This document shows, in pieces, positions 1 to 12,114 of a DNA stretch of 64,000 nt (the first letter of the stretch is position 1; each line of letters starts with the position of its first letter). This DNA comes from Nevskiaceae bacterium (lineage in GTDB: Bacteria; Pseudomonadota; Gammaproteobacteria; Nevskiales; Nevskiaceae): positions 3,027,368 to 3,091,367 of the forward strand of contig OZ244200.1 in the NCBI GenBank assembly GCA_965216845.1, given 5' to 3'. The notes under the pieces were generated by a model. The model was not told the origin of the DNA. It did not search any database and saw only the letters and a list, made by a program, of their open reading frames with translations. Both the position numbers and the translations under genes were made by a program.

Positions 1-403
1 TGGTCGCGCCAATCAGCGTCAGCGTGCCATCCTCCACATAGGGCAGCAGCGCGTCCTGCTGCGACTTGTTGAAGCGATGAATCTCGTCGATGAACAGGAT
101 GCTGGGCTGCGGCGTCAATCCGCTGGCGGCCTGTTGCGCATCGGCCACCGCCTGACGGATTTCCTTGACGCCGGACATGACCGCCGAAAGGCTCAGAAAC
201 TGCGCATCGATGTGCCGCGCCAGCAGGCGCGCGATGGTGGTTTTGCCAACGCCCGGCGGCCCCCAGAACAGCAGCGATGGAATCTGCCCGCCGTCAATCC
301 AGCTTCTGAGCGGCGCACCCGGCCCCAGCAAATGATCCTGCCCGCACACCTCGTCCAGATGACGCGGGCGCATGCGCTCGGCAAGCGGTTGAGCGGCGTT
401 CAC
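1..403 (-). CDS. rarA: Replication-associated recombination protein A (AAA+), N-terminal part; the 3' end runs off the window
   Basis: The reverse translation reads [27 protein letters not shown]...[19 protein letters not shown] (Walker A)...[34 protein letters not shown]. The GTG start at 401-403 overlaps the lolA stop (GTGA). It is not in the ORF track because it is partial. Confidence 0.9.
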   Translation of the reverse strand, partial: MNAAQPLAERMRPRHLDEVCGQDHLLGPGAPLRSWIDGGQIPSLLFWGPPGVGKTTIARLLARHIDAQFLSLSAVMSGVKEIRQAVADAQQAASGLTPQPSILFIDEIHRFNKSQQDALLPYVEDGTLTLIGAT

Positions 404-1047
404 GAATCGGCTTGTGATTCGATCACTTCCGTGCCTTGTGGCGGATCGAATTTGAATTGCTCGGCGTCGATGTGCGGATTCACTTTGATTTCGGAGAAGC
501 GCACGGTGGTCTCGCCGCCCAATTGATCGCGGAATCGCAACTTCTGCGGCACGCCTTGCCTCAGCCACAGGTCGACCGACTGAAAATCACCCTCGTCGCG
601 CGGAATCAGCCGCAGGCCGCTGGCTCCACCCTCGGTCGGCAAAACCTCAAGGCGGAACTGATCCAGAACGCCCTGGTTCTGCGTCAGTAGTTCCGCCGGC
701 GTCCCCGACAATGCGGCTCTGGCCGGTCGCACCGTGGCTTGTTCCAGGTCCGGATCGTAGAGCCAGATGTTTTCACCATCGCTCAGCATCAACTGCGGGT
801 ACGGCGTCTCAAACGACCACCGAAAACGACCCGGTCGCGCCAACCAGAGCTGGCCGCCTTGTTCTGACAACAACTCGCCGGCCTCATCCGTCTGCACCTG
901 CTCAAACACGGCGGAAAAGGTTTTGACCTCGCTCAGGAAGCGCGCCAATTCAGCCTGCGCAGCCGCCTCGTCGGCACGGGCCAGGTTGGAAGCGCACAAA
1001 GCGCCCAGAACGCAGAACGCCAGTGCAACAAGAAAACGCTTGTACAT
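400..1047 (-). CDS. lolA: Outer-membrane lipoprotein carrier protein LolA
   Basis: 215 aa with a signal peptide ([25 protein letters not shown]). It has a LolA-like core (FSAVFEQ...[11 protein letters not shown]...[10 protein letters not shown]) and the ftsK-lolA-rarA synteny seen in E. coli. Confidence 0.9.
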   Translation of the reverse strand: MYKRFLVALAFCVLGALCASNLARADEAAAQAELARFLSEVKTFSAVFEQVQTDEAGELLSEQGGQLWLARPGRFRWSFETPYPQLMLSDGENIWLYDPDLEQATVRPARAALSGTPAELLTQNQGVLDQFRLEVLPTEGGASGLRLIPRDEGDFQSVDLWLRQGVPQKLRFRDQLGGETTVRFSEIKVNPHIDAEQFKFDPPQGTEVIESQADS

Positions 1048-1114
1048 GGAAAAAAGGCTCGTATCGAAGACGTCACGCAGCTTGCAGGCAACACGCGAAC
1101 CCAGGCTGAATGCC

Positions 1115-3541
<2,427 letters not shown>

Positions 3542-3679
3542 AGGAGGCTATAACGGGTCTGTAAAGTGCGGTGGAAGCCCACGAACGGCGTTGCTGAGTA
3601 TATCAAGCGGCACCTTGAAATCCGTCAGCAAAGCACTATCTTGAACGATGTAGCTCGCATGACATTGAGGAAAATCGCC

Positions 3680-4012
3680 ATGACGGTGCAAACCCGACAT
3701 TTCGTACTGACGCAAGACGGCAATATCCGTGAATTCAGCGCCGATGAAGCCTCAAAGATCGCCCAAGGCGCTGATCTGCTGCCCGAATTCGCCAAGGCAC
3801 GGGTGCGTTACCTGCAGGTCACCGTCAATTCAGACCTCACCAACGAGATCAAGATCCAGACCGCCGGCGCCGCCATCCAGTTCGATTCCGATGGCCGGCT
3901 GAGCAAGGCCGGTCCGCCGGAAACCGGCGAGCAAGTCAGCAGCTTTGAGCACGATGCGGTGGTGCAATGGACCTTGCGAGAGTTGCCCAACGTCGGCCCG
4001 ACGTTTCACTGA
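3680..4012 (+). CDS. Hypothetical small protein (110 aa)
   Basis: The ORF 3566-4012 is open. The internal ATG at 3680 is preceded by GAGGAAAATCGCC (SD-like). I recognise no family. Confidence 0.4.
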   Translation: MTVQTRHFVLTQDGNIREFSADEASKIAQGADLLPEFAKARVRYLQVTVNSDLTNEIKIQTAGAAIQFDSDGRLSKAGPPETGEQVSSFEHDAVVQWTLRELPNVGPTFH

Positions 4013-4036
4013 TTTCGCCCGGCAGGCAACGCAAGC

Positions 4037-5200
4037 ATGCCGTCGGGGTCGCTGCGCACGCGGCTGCTGGGCGGCATCCATGAAATTTCCGCGTCGCAGT
4101 GGGATGCGCTGTTTGCCAGCCCCTACCCGTTCATTCGTCATCACTATCTGGCGGCGCTGGAGCAGCATGGCTGCGTAGGCGGCCAAAGTGGATGGGAGCC
4201 GGCGCACCTGATCATTGAGGATGCGCAAGGCACCCTTCGTGCCGCCGCACCGCTGTACCGCAAGCAACACTCTTACGGTGAATTCGTGTTCGACTGGGCC
4301 TGGGCCGATGCCAGCCACCGCATCGGACAGCCCTATTATCCCAAGTGGTTGAGCGCCATACCTTTTGTGCCCGCCACCGGCCCGAGGCTGGCGTATTGCG
4401 ATTCATCCGCGCAACAAGCTCTGATGGAACAGCTTGCCGCACTGTCCGAACAGGACCAGGCATCATCCTGTCACTTGCTGTTCCTGCCGCCGGATCAGGC
4501 GCAGTCGATGCGCAGCAACGGCTTCCTGCTGCGCAATGACATCCAGTTTCATTGGCGCAATCACGGCTATTCGGACTTTGACGCATTCCTGTCGGCGCTC
4601 AGCAGCGCCAAGCGCAAGAAACTCAGGCGCGAACGCAAGCGGGTCAGCGACCAAGGCATCAGCTTTGAAATCAGCGATGGCAGCGACCTCAGCCAGACGC
4701 AGTGGCAACGCATCTTCGCGTTGTATGCCAACACCTATCACGAGCGTGGCATGTGGCCATATCTGAATCTGGAATTTTTGCATGCCTTGCGTGCAATGCC
4801 CGACCGCCCCCTGCGGCTGGTCCTGGCCTACGACGGTCAGGAACTGGTGGCAATGGCCTTGAATCTGCGCGGTGGCGACCGTCTCTACGGCCGCCATTGG
4901 GGCGCGGCCGCCAACTACGACGCACTGCATTTCGAGTGTTGCTACTACCAGGGCATCGAAATCTGCCTGCGCGAGGGGCTGAACCACTTCGATGCCGGCA
5001 CCCAGGGCGAACACAAACGGTCACGTGGCTTCGAGCCGGTGATCACGCATTCACTGCACCGGCTGCGCGATCCTCGCCTGCACGACGCCGTTGATCGTTA
5101 TCTGCAACAAGAGCGTGCGGTGGTTGCGGCACGCTACGAAGACTTGATGCAACATACGCCGTATCGTCAGCAGACAGGCGAAGCCAGCACGCCAGATTAG
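4037..5200 (+). CDS. GNAT-fold N-acyltransferase, COG3146/FemAB-like (DUF482) family
   Basis: 387 aa. The N-terminus (ISASQWDALFASPYPFIRHHYLAALEQHGCVGGQSGWEPAHLII) and the HFEcCYYQGIE...FDAGTQGEHK motif match my recollection of this family. The stop lies 3 nt before the aat start. Confidence 0.7.
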   Translation: MPSGSLRTRLLGGIHEISASQWDALFASPYPFIRHHYLAALEQHGCVGGQSGWEPAHLIIEDAQGTLRAAAPLYRKQHSYGEFVFDWAWADASHRIGQPYYPKWLSAIPFVPATGPRLAYCDSSAQQALMEQLAALSEQDQASSCHLLFLPPDQAQSMRSNGFLLRNDIQFHWRNHGYSDFDAFLSALSSAKRKKLRRERKRVSDQGISFEISDGSDLSQTQWQRIFALYANTYHERGMWPYLNLEFLHALRAMPDRPLRLVLAYDGQELVAMALNLRGGDRLYGRHWGAAANYDALHFECCYYQGIEICLREGLNHFDAGTQGEHKRSRGFEPVITHSLHRLRDPRLHDAVDRYLQQERAVVAARYEDLMQHTPYRQQTGEASTPD

Positions 5201-5203
5201 TCC

Positions 5204-5947
5204 ATGGACAACCCCATCCGCCTTCACTGGCTTGATCCCAGAAATCCGCGCCAGCCGTTTCCACCGGCACACCTGGCGATGCGGGATCCCAACGGCCTGT
5301 TGGCCATCGGCGGAGACCTGTCACCCACGCGTTTGATCCGGGCCTACGCACAAGGCATCTTTCCCTGGTACAACCCCGACGAGCCGATTCTGTGGTGGAG
5401 TCCGAACCCGCGCGCGGTACTGTTTCCCGGACAAATGAAAGTTTCGCGCTCCCTGCGCAAATCCATCCGGCGCAACGATTACGCGGTCTCGATGGATGCG
5501 GCTTTTGACGAGGTGCTTCAGGGCTGCAGCGAGCCGCGCACGCACAGCCGCGCCACCTGGCTGGGCAAGGAAATGTGTGTTGCTTATCAACAACTGTTCC
5601 AGCGTGGCCATGCGCATTCGGTGGAAATCTGGCGCGCCGGGCAGCTGATTGGCGGACTGTATGGGGTGGCGCTGGGATGCGTGTTTTTCGGCGAATCCAT
5701 GTTCAGCCGAGCCAGCGACGCCTCCAAGATCGCGCTGTTCTGGCTGAGTGAACAATTGGCGGCCTGGGACTATCAGCTGATCGACTGCCAGGTCAGTTCC
5801 GCCCACCTGCATGGCCTGGGCGCCCAGGCCATTTCGCGCGAACGCTTTCTCAATCTGCTGCGTCCGGCGGTTGGCAACCAGGGGCACGGCCACCCATGGC
5901 ACTTTGACATCCAGGCGCCGGCCATGCACTCAAGGCCGGTGAGATGA
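5204..5947 (+). CDS. aat: Leucyl/phenylalanyl-tRNA--protein transferase
   Basis: 247 aa with LLAIGGDLSPTRLIRAYAQGIFPWYNPDEPILWWSPNPRAVLFP and HSVEIW...LIGGLYGVALG, typical of Aat. Confidence 0.93.
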   Translation: MDNPIRLHWLDPRNPRQPFPPAHLAMRDPNGLLAIGGDLSPTRLIRAYAQGIFPWYNPDEPILWWSPNPRAVLFPGQMKVSRSLRKSIRRNDYAVSMDAAFDEVLQGCSEPRTHSRATWLGKEMCVAYQQLFQRGHAHSVEIWRAGQLIGGLYGVALGCVFFGESMFSRASDASKIALFWLSEQLAAWDYQLIDCQVSSAHLHGLGAQAISRERFLNLLRPAVGNQGHGHPWHFDIQAPAMHSRPVR

Positions 5948-6666
5948 ACGTTCGCACCGTCACCGAACGTATTCGGCTCTACCTCAGTACCGAGCACCCT
6001 TGCGGTTATCTCAGCAACCGCATGGCACGCAGCCTGTTCATCGACCCTGACCTGCCGCTGGACCCTGGCCGCTATCAGGCGCTGCTGGAACAGGGATTCC
6101 GCCGCGGCGGCGATCACGTTTATCGGCCGCGCTGCGGCAATTGCGTGGCTTGCAGGCCGGCACGTATCCCGGTGGCGGATCATCGCTGCAATCGCAGCCA
6201 GCGCCGTTGCCTGGCGAGCAACCAGGATTTGCAACTGCGGATTGTGCATCACAGCACGCAGGAACAATTCGAGCTGTATCAGCGCTATCTGCGCGCGCGA
6301 CACCAAAACGCCGGCATGAACCCGGATGACAAATCCGGCTTTCACAGCTTTCTGCATTGCCGCTGGGGGCAGGCTGAATTCTGGGAGTTTCGGGAGCAAG
6401 ACACCCTGCTTGCGGTTGCGGTGGTGGACCGCCTGCCCGATGCCTTGTCTGCGGTCTATACCTTTTTTGATCCGCAACAAAGCGCACGCAGCTTGGGAAC
6501 TTACGCGGTTTTGCGGCAGTTGGAACAAGCCCGGCAACAGTGCCTGCGCCATGTCTATCTGGGTTACTGGGTGGCGGGCAGCCGCAAGATGGATTACAAG
6601 CGCCGTTTTCGCCCCCTGGAAGTGCTGGGGCCGCGCGGATGGGAAGCCCTGGACGGCGCAGCCTGA
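5944..6666 (+). CDS. bpt: Arginyl/aspartate-glutamate leucyl-tRNA--protein transferase (Bpt/Ate family)
   Basis: 240 aa with HPCGYLSNRMARSLFIDP...GFRRGGDHVYRPRCGNCVACRPARIPV and YLGYWV...KMDYK. There is an ATGA overlap with aat. Confidence 0.9.
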   Translation: MNVRTVTERIRLYLSTEHPCGYLSNRMARSLFIDPDLPLDPGRYQALLEQGFRRGGDHVYRPRCGNCVACRPARIPVADHRCNRSQRRCLASNQDLQLRIVHHSTQEQFELYQRYLRARHQNAGMNPDDKSGFHSFLHCRWGQAEFWEFREQDTLLAVAVVDRLPDALSAVYTFFDPQQSARSLGTYAVLRQLEQARQQCLRHVYLGYWVAGSRKMDYKRRFRPLEVLGPRGWEALDGAA

Positions 6667-6720
6667 TCAAGTCACGATCAGCGCGGATATAATGCGCGCC
6701 CTTTTGGCAAGCCCCTACAA

Positions 6721-6939
6721 ATGGCGAAAGAAGACCATATTGAAATGCTCGGCACGGTTGTTGAAACCCTGCCCAACACCACGTTTCGCGTCAAACTCGA
6801 AAACGGCCATCTTGTCACGGCCCATATTTCGGGCCGCATGCGCAAGCACTACATCCGCATTCTGACCGGCGACAAGGTCACCGTTCAGCTCACACCCTAT
6901 GACTTGACCAAGGGCCGGATTACGTTTCGGGACAAGTAA
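6721..6939 (+). CDS. infA: Translation initiation factor IF-1
   Basis: 72 aa ([70 protein letters not shown]), near-universal IF-1 sequence. Confidence 0.98.
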   Translation: MAKEDHIEMLGTVVETLPNTTFRVKLENGHLVTAHISGRMRKHYIRILTGDKVTVQLTPYDLTKGRITFRDK

Positions 6940-7036
6940 GCGCAGTCGGCGGGCACGACCCGCCCTACAGCTGCTTCTTTCAAGTGGCACACGCTGCGAC
7001 GAGACGATGCGGAATCCTGACCGATAGGCGTGTTGC

Positions 7037-9313
7037 TCAAACCGCCGCCAGCGGTGCGCTTTTCTCCCTGGACTCGATTTCAAAGCTGAGTTCGTCGTCC
7101 TGGACGGTGATCAGCACCCGTCCGCCGCTGCGCAATTGGCCGAACAGCAGCTCTTCGGCCAGCGGTCGCTTGAGGCTTTCCTGAATCACCCGTGCCATCG
7201 GCCGCGCGCCCATGCGTACGTCGTAGCCGCGCGTGCCAATCCAGGCGCGTGCGTCTTCGTCGATGTCCACGTGAACCCCTTTGGCGGACAGTTGCTCTTC
7301 GAGCTGCAACAGGAATTTATCGACCACGCGGGTGACTTCCGCCGGCCCCAGCGGCGCGAACGCGACAATGGCGTCCAGCCGGTTGCGAAACTCGGGCGTG
7401 AACATCTTGCGAATCACCTCCAGCGCGTCGGTCTGGTGATCCTGCTCGGCAAAGCCCATCGAGCGGCGCGCGGATTCCTCGGCGCCGGCATTGGTGGTCA
7501 TGACCAGGATCACGTTGCGGAAATCCGCGGCGCGACCGTTGTTGTCGGTGAGCGTGCCGTGATCCATCACCTGCAGCAGCAGATTGAACACGTCCGGATG
7601 CGCTTTCTCGATTTCGTCCAACAACACCACGCAATGTGGGTGCTTGGTGACCGCCTCGGTCATCAAACCGCCCTGATCAAAGCCGACATAGCCCGGCGGC
7701 GCGCCGATCAGGCGCGACACCGTATGCCGCTCCATGTATTCGGACATGTCGAAGCGGATCAGCTCCACGCCCAGCAACTGCGCCAACTGGCGTGACACCT
7801 CGGTCTTGCCCACACCCGTCGGCCCGGCCAGCAGAAAATTGCCGATGGGCTTGTCCGGATTACCCAGGCCCGAACGCGCCAGTTTGATGCACGAGGCCAG
7901 CTGTTCCACCGCGCTGTCCTGGCCGTAGATGACCAGCTTGAGATCGCGCTCCAGCGTCTCCAGACGGTCCCGATCATTGGTGGTGACCGACTTGGGCGGA
8001 ATACGCGCGATCTTGGCCACGGTTTCTTCGATATCCCGCGCCTGTACCGTCTTGCGCTTGCGGCTTTCCGGCAGCAGGCGCAAACGCGCGGCCGCCTCGT
8101 CAATGACGTCGATCGCCTTGTCCGGCAGCTGACGGTCCGTGATGTGCCGCACCGAAAGTTCCACCGCCGAGCGCAATGCACCACGCGTGAACTGCACCGC
8201 GTGATGTTCTTCAAAGCGGCTGCGCAGCCCCTCCAGAATCCTGACCGTGTCCTCCGAACTGGGTTCGGTGACGTCGATCTTCTGGAAGCGCCGTGCCAGC
8301 GCACGATCTTTTTCAAAGACGCCGCGAAATTCCTGATAGGTGGTTGAACCGATGCAGCGCAAGGTGCCGGATGACAGCAGGGGCTTGAGCAGATTGGAGG
8401 CGTCCATCACCCCACCGCTGGCGGCGCCGGCACCGATGATCATGTGAATTTCGTCAATGAAGACAATGGCGCCCGGTGTCTGCGTCAACTCCTTCATCAC
8501 CGCCTTGAAGCGCTTTTCAAAGTCGCCCCGATACTTGGTACCGGCGATGAGGCTGCCCAGATCCAGACCGTAGATCACCGACTCCTTCAGCAAATCGGGG
8601 ACCCGGCCTTCCACCACCAACCAGGCCAGGCCTTCGGCGATGGCGGTTTTGCCGACGCCGGCCTCACCCACCAGCAGCGGATTGTTCTTGCGACGCCGAC
8701 ACAGCGTCTGCATGACGCGCTCGATCTCGTGCTCGCGCCCGATCAAGGGGTCGATCTGGCCACGGGTGGCGCGTTCATTCAGGTTGACCGCATATTGCTC
8801 CAGCGCCGATTGCCCCTTGCCGCCGCCATCTTCGCGCTCCTCGCTGTCGGCCGGCGCTTCGGTGGATGGCGGCGTCTGGCTGCTCTTGGCGATGCCGTGA
8901 GAGATGTAGTTGACCACGTCCAGACGGCTCACGCCCTGCTCGCCCAGCAGATAAACCGCGTGGGTGTCTTTCTCGGCGAACAGCGCCACCAGCACGTTGA
9001 GCGTCGTCACCTGTTTTTTACCGGCCGCCTGTACGTGGTAGATCGCGCGTTGCAGTACCCGTTGGAACGACAGCGTGGGCTGAACATCGCCATGTTCACC
9101 GCCGGAATTGGCGTGGATGTTGTGGTTGATGTACTCGCGAAGCTGCTGCTCCAGGCGCTCCAGATCCGCGCCGGCGGCGGTCAGCACCTCCGAGACATTG
9201 GTATCCGACAACAGCGCAAGCAACAAATGCTCGACGGTGAGCAGCTCATGGCCTTCGCCCCGCGCCGCCAGGAAAGCCGCGTCCAGCGCCTTTTGTAGTT
9301 CGTCAGACAGCAT
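7037..9313 (-). CDS. clpA: ATP-dependent Clp protease ATP-binding subunit ClpA
   Basis: Two AAA+ modules (GEAGVGKTAIAEGLA; GPTGVGKTEVSRQLA) and the N-domain MLSDELQKALDAAFLAARGEGHELLTVEHLLLALL. I chose the ATG at 9313, 4 nt after GGGAGG; the ORF track starts 4 codons earlier at 9325. Confidence 0.96.
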   Translation of the reverse strand: MLSDELQKALDAAFLAARGEGHELLTVEHLLLALLSDTNVSEVLTAAGADLERLEQQLREYINHNIHANSGGEHGDVQPTLSFQRVLQRAIYHVQAAGKKQVTTLNVLVALFAEKDTHAVYLLGEQGVSRLDVVNYISHGIAKSSQTPPSTEAPADSEEREDGGGKGQSALEQYAVNLNERATRGQIDPLIGREHEIERVMQTLCRRRKNNPLLVGEAGVGKTAIAEGLAWLVVEGRVPDLLKESVIYGLDLGSLIAGTKYRGDFEKRFKAVMKELTQTPGAIVFIDEIHMIIGAGAASGGVMDASNLLKPLLSSGTLRCIGSTTYQEFRGVFEKDRALARRFQKIDVTEPSSEDTVRILEGLRSRFEEHHAVQFTRGALRSAVELSVRHITDRQLPDKAIDVIDEAAARLRLLPESRKRKTVQARDIEETVAKIARIPPKSVTTNDRDRLETLERDLKLVIYGQDSAVEQLASCIKLARSGLGNPDKPIGNFLLAGPTGVGKTEVSRQLAQLLGVELIRFDMSEYMERHTVSRLIGAPPGYVGFDQGGLMTEAVTKHPHCVVLLDEIEKAHPDVFNLLLQVMDHGTLTDNNGRAADFRNVILVMTTNAGAEESARRSMGFAEQDHQTDALEVIRKMFTPEFRNRLDAIVAFAPLGPAEVTRVVDKFLLQLEEQLSAKGVHVDIDEDARAWIGTRGYDVRMGARPMARVIQESLKRPLAEELLFGQLRSGGRVLITVQDDELSFEIESREKSAPLAAV

Positions 9314-9346
9314 GTGGCCTCCCAAAGTCCTTGTTTGCGCAAACCA

Positions 9347-9664
9347 TCAGGCTTTCTCCATCACCGTCAACAGCGGATGCTGATGCTCTCTGGCATAGGA
9401 GTTAACCTGAGCGGTCTTGGTTTCGGCAAGTTCCGCCGGATAAACGCCGGCAACGCCACGCCCTTTGGTATGAATGTGCAGCATGATCTGGACCGCCGAC
9501 TCTCGCGTGTGGTGGAAAAACTGCTGCAAAACCTGTACCACGAACTCCATCGGCGTGAAGTCGTCGTTCATCATCACCACCTTGTATTGCGGTGGCTGCT
9601 TGGTTCGCGGCTTGGTTTCTTCGACAACCGCGCCGGGCGTGGATTGGTGATCAGTGTTACTCAT
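9347..9664 (-). CDS. clpS: ATP-dependent Clp protease adaptor ClpS
   Basis: 105 aa with YKVVMMNDDFTPMEFVVQVLQQFFH...IMLHIHTKGRGVAGVY. It sits directly upstream of clpA. Confidence 0.95.
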   Translation of the reverse strand: MSNTDHQSTPGAVVEETKPRTKQPPQYKVVMMNDDFTPMEFVVQVLQQFFHHTRESAVQIMLHIHTKGRGVAGVYPAELAETKTAQVNSYAREHQHPLLTVMEKA

Positions 9665-9823
9665 AAACTTAGTTTAGCGTCGCTGGTAGACATCACCACC
9701 CCATTTTCATGATCCGGCGCGATAAGCCGCGCAAGGTCAGGCGCTTGGTGATGGACCGCCAATCAACGGCGGTCGTTCCCTGCAAACACAATGGGGATCA
9801 TTCGCCCCTGCACAAGCTCGCGT

Positions 9824-12037
9824 TTACTTCTGCGTGAAGGTGAAGGCGCCATCCCAGTTCTCGCCGGGGGCATTGGCGCGCAGGTATTCAATGCGCCGCA
9901 GAAACAGCGCATACACCTTGCGCGGCGCGTCCTCACGGCAAAGGGTTTCAAATTCGCGTTGCGCATCATCCCATTGTTGTGCGCGATACCGCTTCATCGC
10001 ACCACGATGGCGCGCCAAAGCCTGCCTGAGCGCGGGATCGAGCCCATCTTTCGGGCCCATGGGTTCATAAATCCCCACCGGCTCACTGCGTCCCTTGACG
10101 CGCACCAGATCAACCTCACGAAACGCCCAGTCGCCGGGTGCCAGGGCGCGGGTGAATTCGGTGCACAGCACCGCGCAACCGTATTCCTTGGTCAACCCCT
10201 CAACCCGTGAACCCAGATTCACCGCATCCCCCATCACGGTATAGGCCATGCGGAACTCCGAGCCCATATTGCCCACGCTCATGCGGCCCGAATTGATGCC
10301 CACGCCGATGTTCAGCGCCGGCCAGCCACGCTTTTCGAATTCTGCGTCCAGCTCGCGCACCGCCTGACACATGGCGATACCCGCCTCCAGCGCGCGCAGC
10401 GCGTGATGCTCGTCCGGCAAGGGCGCGCCCCAGAACGCCATCACCGCGTCGCCCATGTATTTGTCGATGGTGCCGCGATGTGCCTGCACCACGGCCGTCT
10501 GCTTGGTGAGAAAGCGATTCATCATGGTCGACAGGTCGCGCGCATCCAGGCTTTCGGAAATGGTGGTGAAACTCCGAACATCGGAAAACAGCACCGTCAT
10601 CTCACGCGCTTCACCTTCCATCGACACGCTTTCCGGGTGCGCCGCCATTTCCTCCACCAGCTGCGGTGGCACGTATTGACCGAACAGGCGTGAGATTTCG
10701 CGCTTGCCACGTGATTCAATGAAATATCCGTAGAGCAAGTGGGCAGTGAACAGGGTCAGGGTGAACAGCATCGGCACACCCATGGGCATGACAAAATCAG
10801 CCGCGCTCCACATGACGAAGGCCAGCATCCCGATGCCCAGTACAAGCGCGCCGGTCAGACTGGCGCCCAGCAGCGGCGACAGCCGTGAGAACTGCCAGGC
10901 CATCAACAAGGACACGAACAGCAGCATCACGGTTTCCAACCCGGCGTAATACGGCGCTTTCTGCCGCACCGATCCGTCGAGCGCGCCGGCAATCAGGCTG
11001 GCGTGAATTTCCACCCCCGGAAACACGCCGCCCACCGGCGTTGCCCGAATGTCCAGCAGACCGGCGGCGCTGGTGCCCATCAACACGATTTTGTCTTGCA
11101 GGCGACTGCTATCCGCCTGCTTGGAAAGAACATCGGTGACCGACACATAAGGCATGGTGCGATACGGGCCGCGATAGGGCACGTAGGCAGACACATCCTC
11201 GTCCACCGGAATACGCACATCGCCCAGCCGTACCGCTTCCAGGTTGAGCGAGGTGCGCATCTGCGGCGGATCGAACTCGAATTCGAACGACGTGCCCAGG
11301 GCAAGGCTGAGAACGGCCAGCGCCAGTGAGGGATAAATCTCACCCTGATACGACTGCATCAACGGGATGCGCCGATAAATACCGTCCGCATCCACCCGTG
11401 GGTTGTCGAAAAAACCACAATGTGCAACGGCTTGCTGCAGCGCTTGGACATTGCCGCCGAAACCCGCGGGCTGGATGAAATCCACCGCCAATAGCGCCGC
11501 CGCCTTTTTCTCGATGTCGGGCGCACAAATCGTGCCGGTGGTCGCTGGCTCGCCCGGAATCACACTCGGCTTGAAGAAATAGCCCATGACGATGGGTCGC
11601 CCCTTCAGTGCCTGCGCAAACTGGCGGTCGTAATCCAGCTTCGGACGCAGCCGCGCCAAGGTCTGCTGATCAAGCGCGTCGCCCTGCTTGCGCAGTTTGT
11701 CCAGCAGATCGGCACTGGCGCGATCCGGCTCGGCGAAGGCGATATCAAAACCCAGCACCGCCACGCCATAGTGATCGAACAGCAGGTCCACCAGCGCGGC
11801 CAGTTTGTCGCGCGGCCAGGGCCATTGGCCTTCGGCCGCGATACTGCGCTCATCGATATCCAGCACCGTCACCTGCGCCTGGCCCGGGCCGTCCAGCGTC
11901 AGGCGCGTGCGGGCATCATAGGTCGCTGCCTCGACCAGAGTCAGCAACCGCATGGGCACCAGACCCGAAACGTGCAGCATGAACAGGCCGAGAACCAACA
12001 GACTCACCGCCAAACGAACTCCCGTGCGACCACTCAT
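9824..12037 (-). CDS. CHASE2 sensor-domain adenylate/guanylate cyclase
   Basis: 737 aa. An N-terminal TM plus periplasmic CHASE2-like region (VLDIDERSIAAEGQWPWPRDKLA) is followed by 3-4 TM segments. The class III cyclase domain reads MTVLFSDVRSFTTISE...GTIDKYMGDAVMAFWGAP...IGVGINSGRMSVGNMGS...YTVMGDAVNLGSRVE. Confidence 0.9.
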   Translation of the reverse strand: MSGRTGVRLAVSLLVLGLFMLHVSGLVPMRLLTLVEAATYDARTRLTLDGPGQAQVTVLDIDERSIAAEGQWPWPRDKLAALVDLLFDHYGVAVLGFDIAFAEPDRASADLLDKLRKQGDALDQQTLARLRPKLDYDRQFAQALKGRPIVMGYFFKPSVIPGEPATTGTICAPDIEKKAAALLAVDFIQPAGFGGNVQALQQAVAHCGFFDNPRVDADGIYRRIPLMQSYQGEIYPSLALAVLSLALGTSFEFEFDPPQMRTSLNLEAVRLGDVRIPVDEDVSAYVPYRGPYRTMPYVSVTDVLSKQADSSRLQDKIVLMGTSAAGLLDIRATPVGGVFPGVEIHASLIAGALDGSVRQKAPYYAGLETVMLLFVSLLMAWQFSRLSPLLGASLTGALVLGIGMLAFVMWSAADFVMPMGVPMLFTLTLFTAHLLYGYFIESRGKREISRLFGQYVPPQLVEEMAAHPESVSMEGEAREMTVLFSDVRSFTTISESLDARDLSTMMNRFLTKQTAVVQAHRGTIDKYMGDAVMAFWGAPLPDEHHALRALEAGIAMCQAVRELDAEFEKRGWPALNIGVGINSGRMSVGNMGSEFRMAYTVMGDAVNLGSRVEGLTKEYGCAVLCTEFTRALAPGDWAFREVDLVRVKGRSEPVGIYEPMGPKDGLDPALRQALARHRGAMKRYRAQQWDDAQREFETLCREDAPRKVYALFLRRIEYLRANAPGENWDGAFTFTQK

Positions 12038-12114
12038 GCGCGCGCTGCCTCCGCCTTCCCGGAGCCGAACCTACCCAATGCGTGGACGCACCGCAATCCA
12101 AGGGCCGGCTATGA

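Noticed and set aside
6948-6964. A hairpin, ggcggg-cacga-cccgcc, between convergent infA and clpA as a bidirectional terminator.
   Set aside because: It has a 6-bp stem and no U-tract on either strand, so it is too weak to call.
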